Positions 63,535 through 64,000 of a DNA stretch of 64,000 nucleotides are shown here, in pieces (positions within the stretch are counted from its first letter, which is position 1; each line of letters opens with the position of its first letter). Position numbers and translations under genes: made by a program. The stretch comes from the human T2T-CHM13v2.0 reference genome, Homo sapiens. A model generated the notes under the pieces. That model was not told the DNA's origin. It worked only from the letters and a program-made list of their open reading frames with translations, and made no database searches. The stretch lies in NCBI RefSeq assembly GCF_009914755.1, contig NC_060942.1; one strand, given 5' to 3'.

Positions 63535-63760
63535 TAACCTAGTAGTTGAAGGACAGGACAGATTGCCTGAGTTTGAACCTCAGCTCTGCCACTAACTGGG
63601 AGTGTGACCCCAGGCAAGTTACTTAACCTCTCTGTGCTTTAGTTACTTCATCTGTAAAATGGGAATAATCCTATCTTATGGAATTGTTATAAAGATTAAA
63701 TAACTTCATGTAAAAAAGGTGCTTAGAATAGTGCTTGACACACAGTAAAAACTGAATATG
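63535..63760 (+). mobile_element. MIR
   Basis: cctgagtttgaacctcagctctgccact...ggcaagttacttaacctctctgtgc...catctgtaaaatggg MIR core. Confidence 0.9.
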
Positions 63761-63856
63761 GTGGTCCTTCCTTATCGTATTTTCACTTTCCATGGTTTTA
63801 GTTACTCATGATCCAAAAATATCAAATGAAAAATCCCAGAAATAAATAATTCATAA

Positions 63857-64000
<144 letters not shown>

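Overview
Human (or great-ape) genomic DNA, about 64 kb and very Alu-rich. The gene pair matches chr18p11.21. Two convergent genes. (1) On +, the last three coding exons of PRELID3A/SLMO1 (4036-4106, 4216-4318, 6345-6398), then a 3'UTR intron filled with a (TG)n tract and a CpG-rich non-coding terminal exon. (2) On -, the 3' half of SPIRE1: nine ordinary coding exons from 62963-63004 down to 26606-26864, the 174-nt mitochondrial-targeting alternative exon C (36723-36896) and a ~3.1-kb 3'UTR ending near 23480. All exon phases join in frame. Also present: a processed HMGB3 pseudogene in the last SPIRE1 intron, a 3'-truncated Tigger1, L1/L2/MIR/MER3 fragments and about 50 Alus. I see no prokaryotic-type system, CRISPR array or structural RNA gene. 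The more unusual signals are several small locally templated duplications and inversions, a hydrophobic read-through tail after SPIRE1 exon C, and a pseudogene that records a near-UTR-less HMGB3 transcript. Repeat subfamily calls and boundaries are by eye and approximate.
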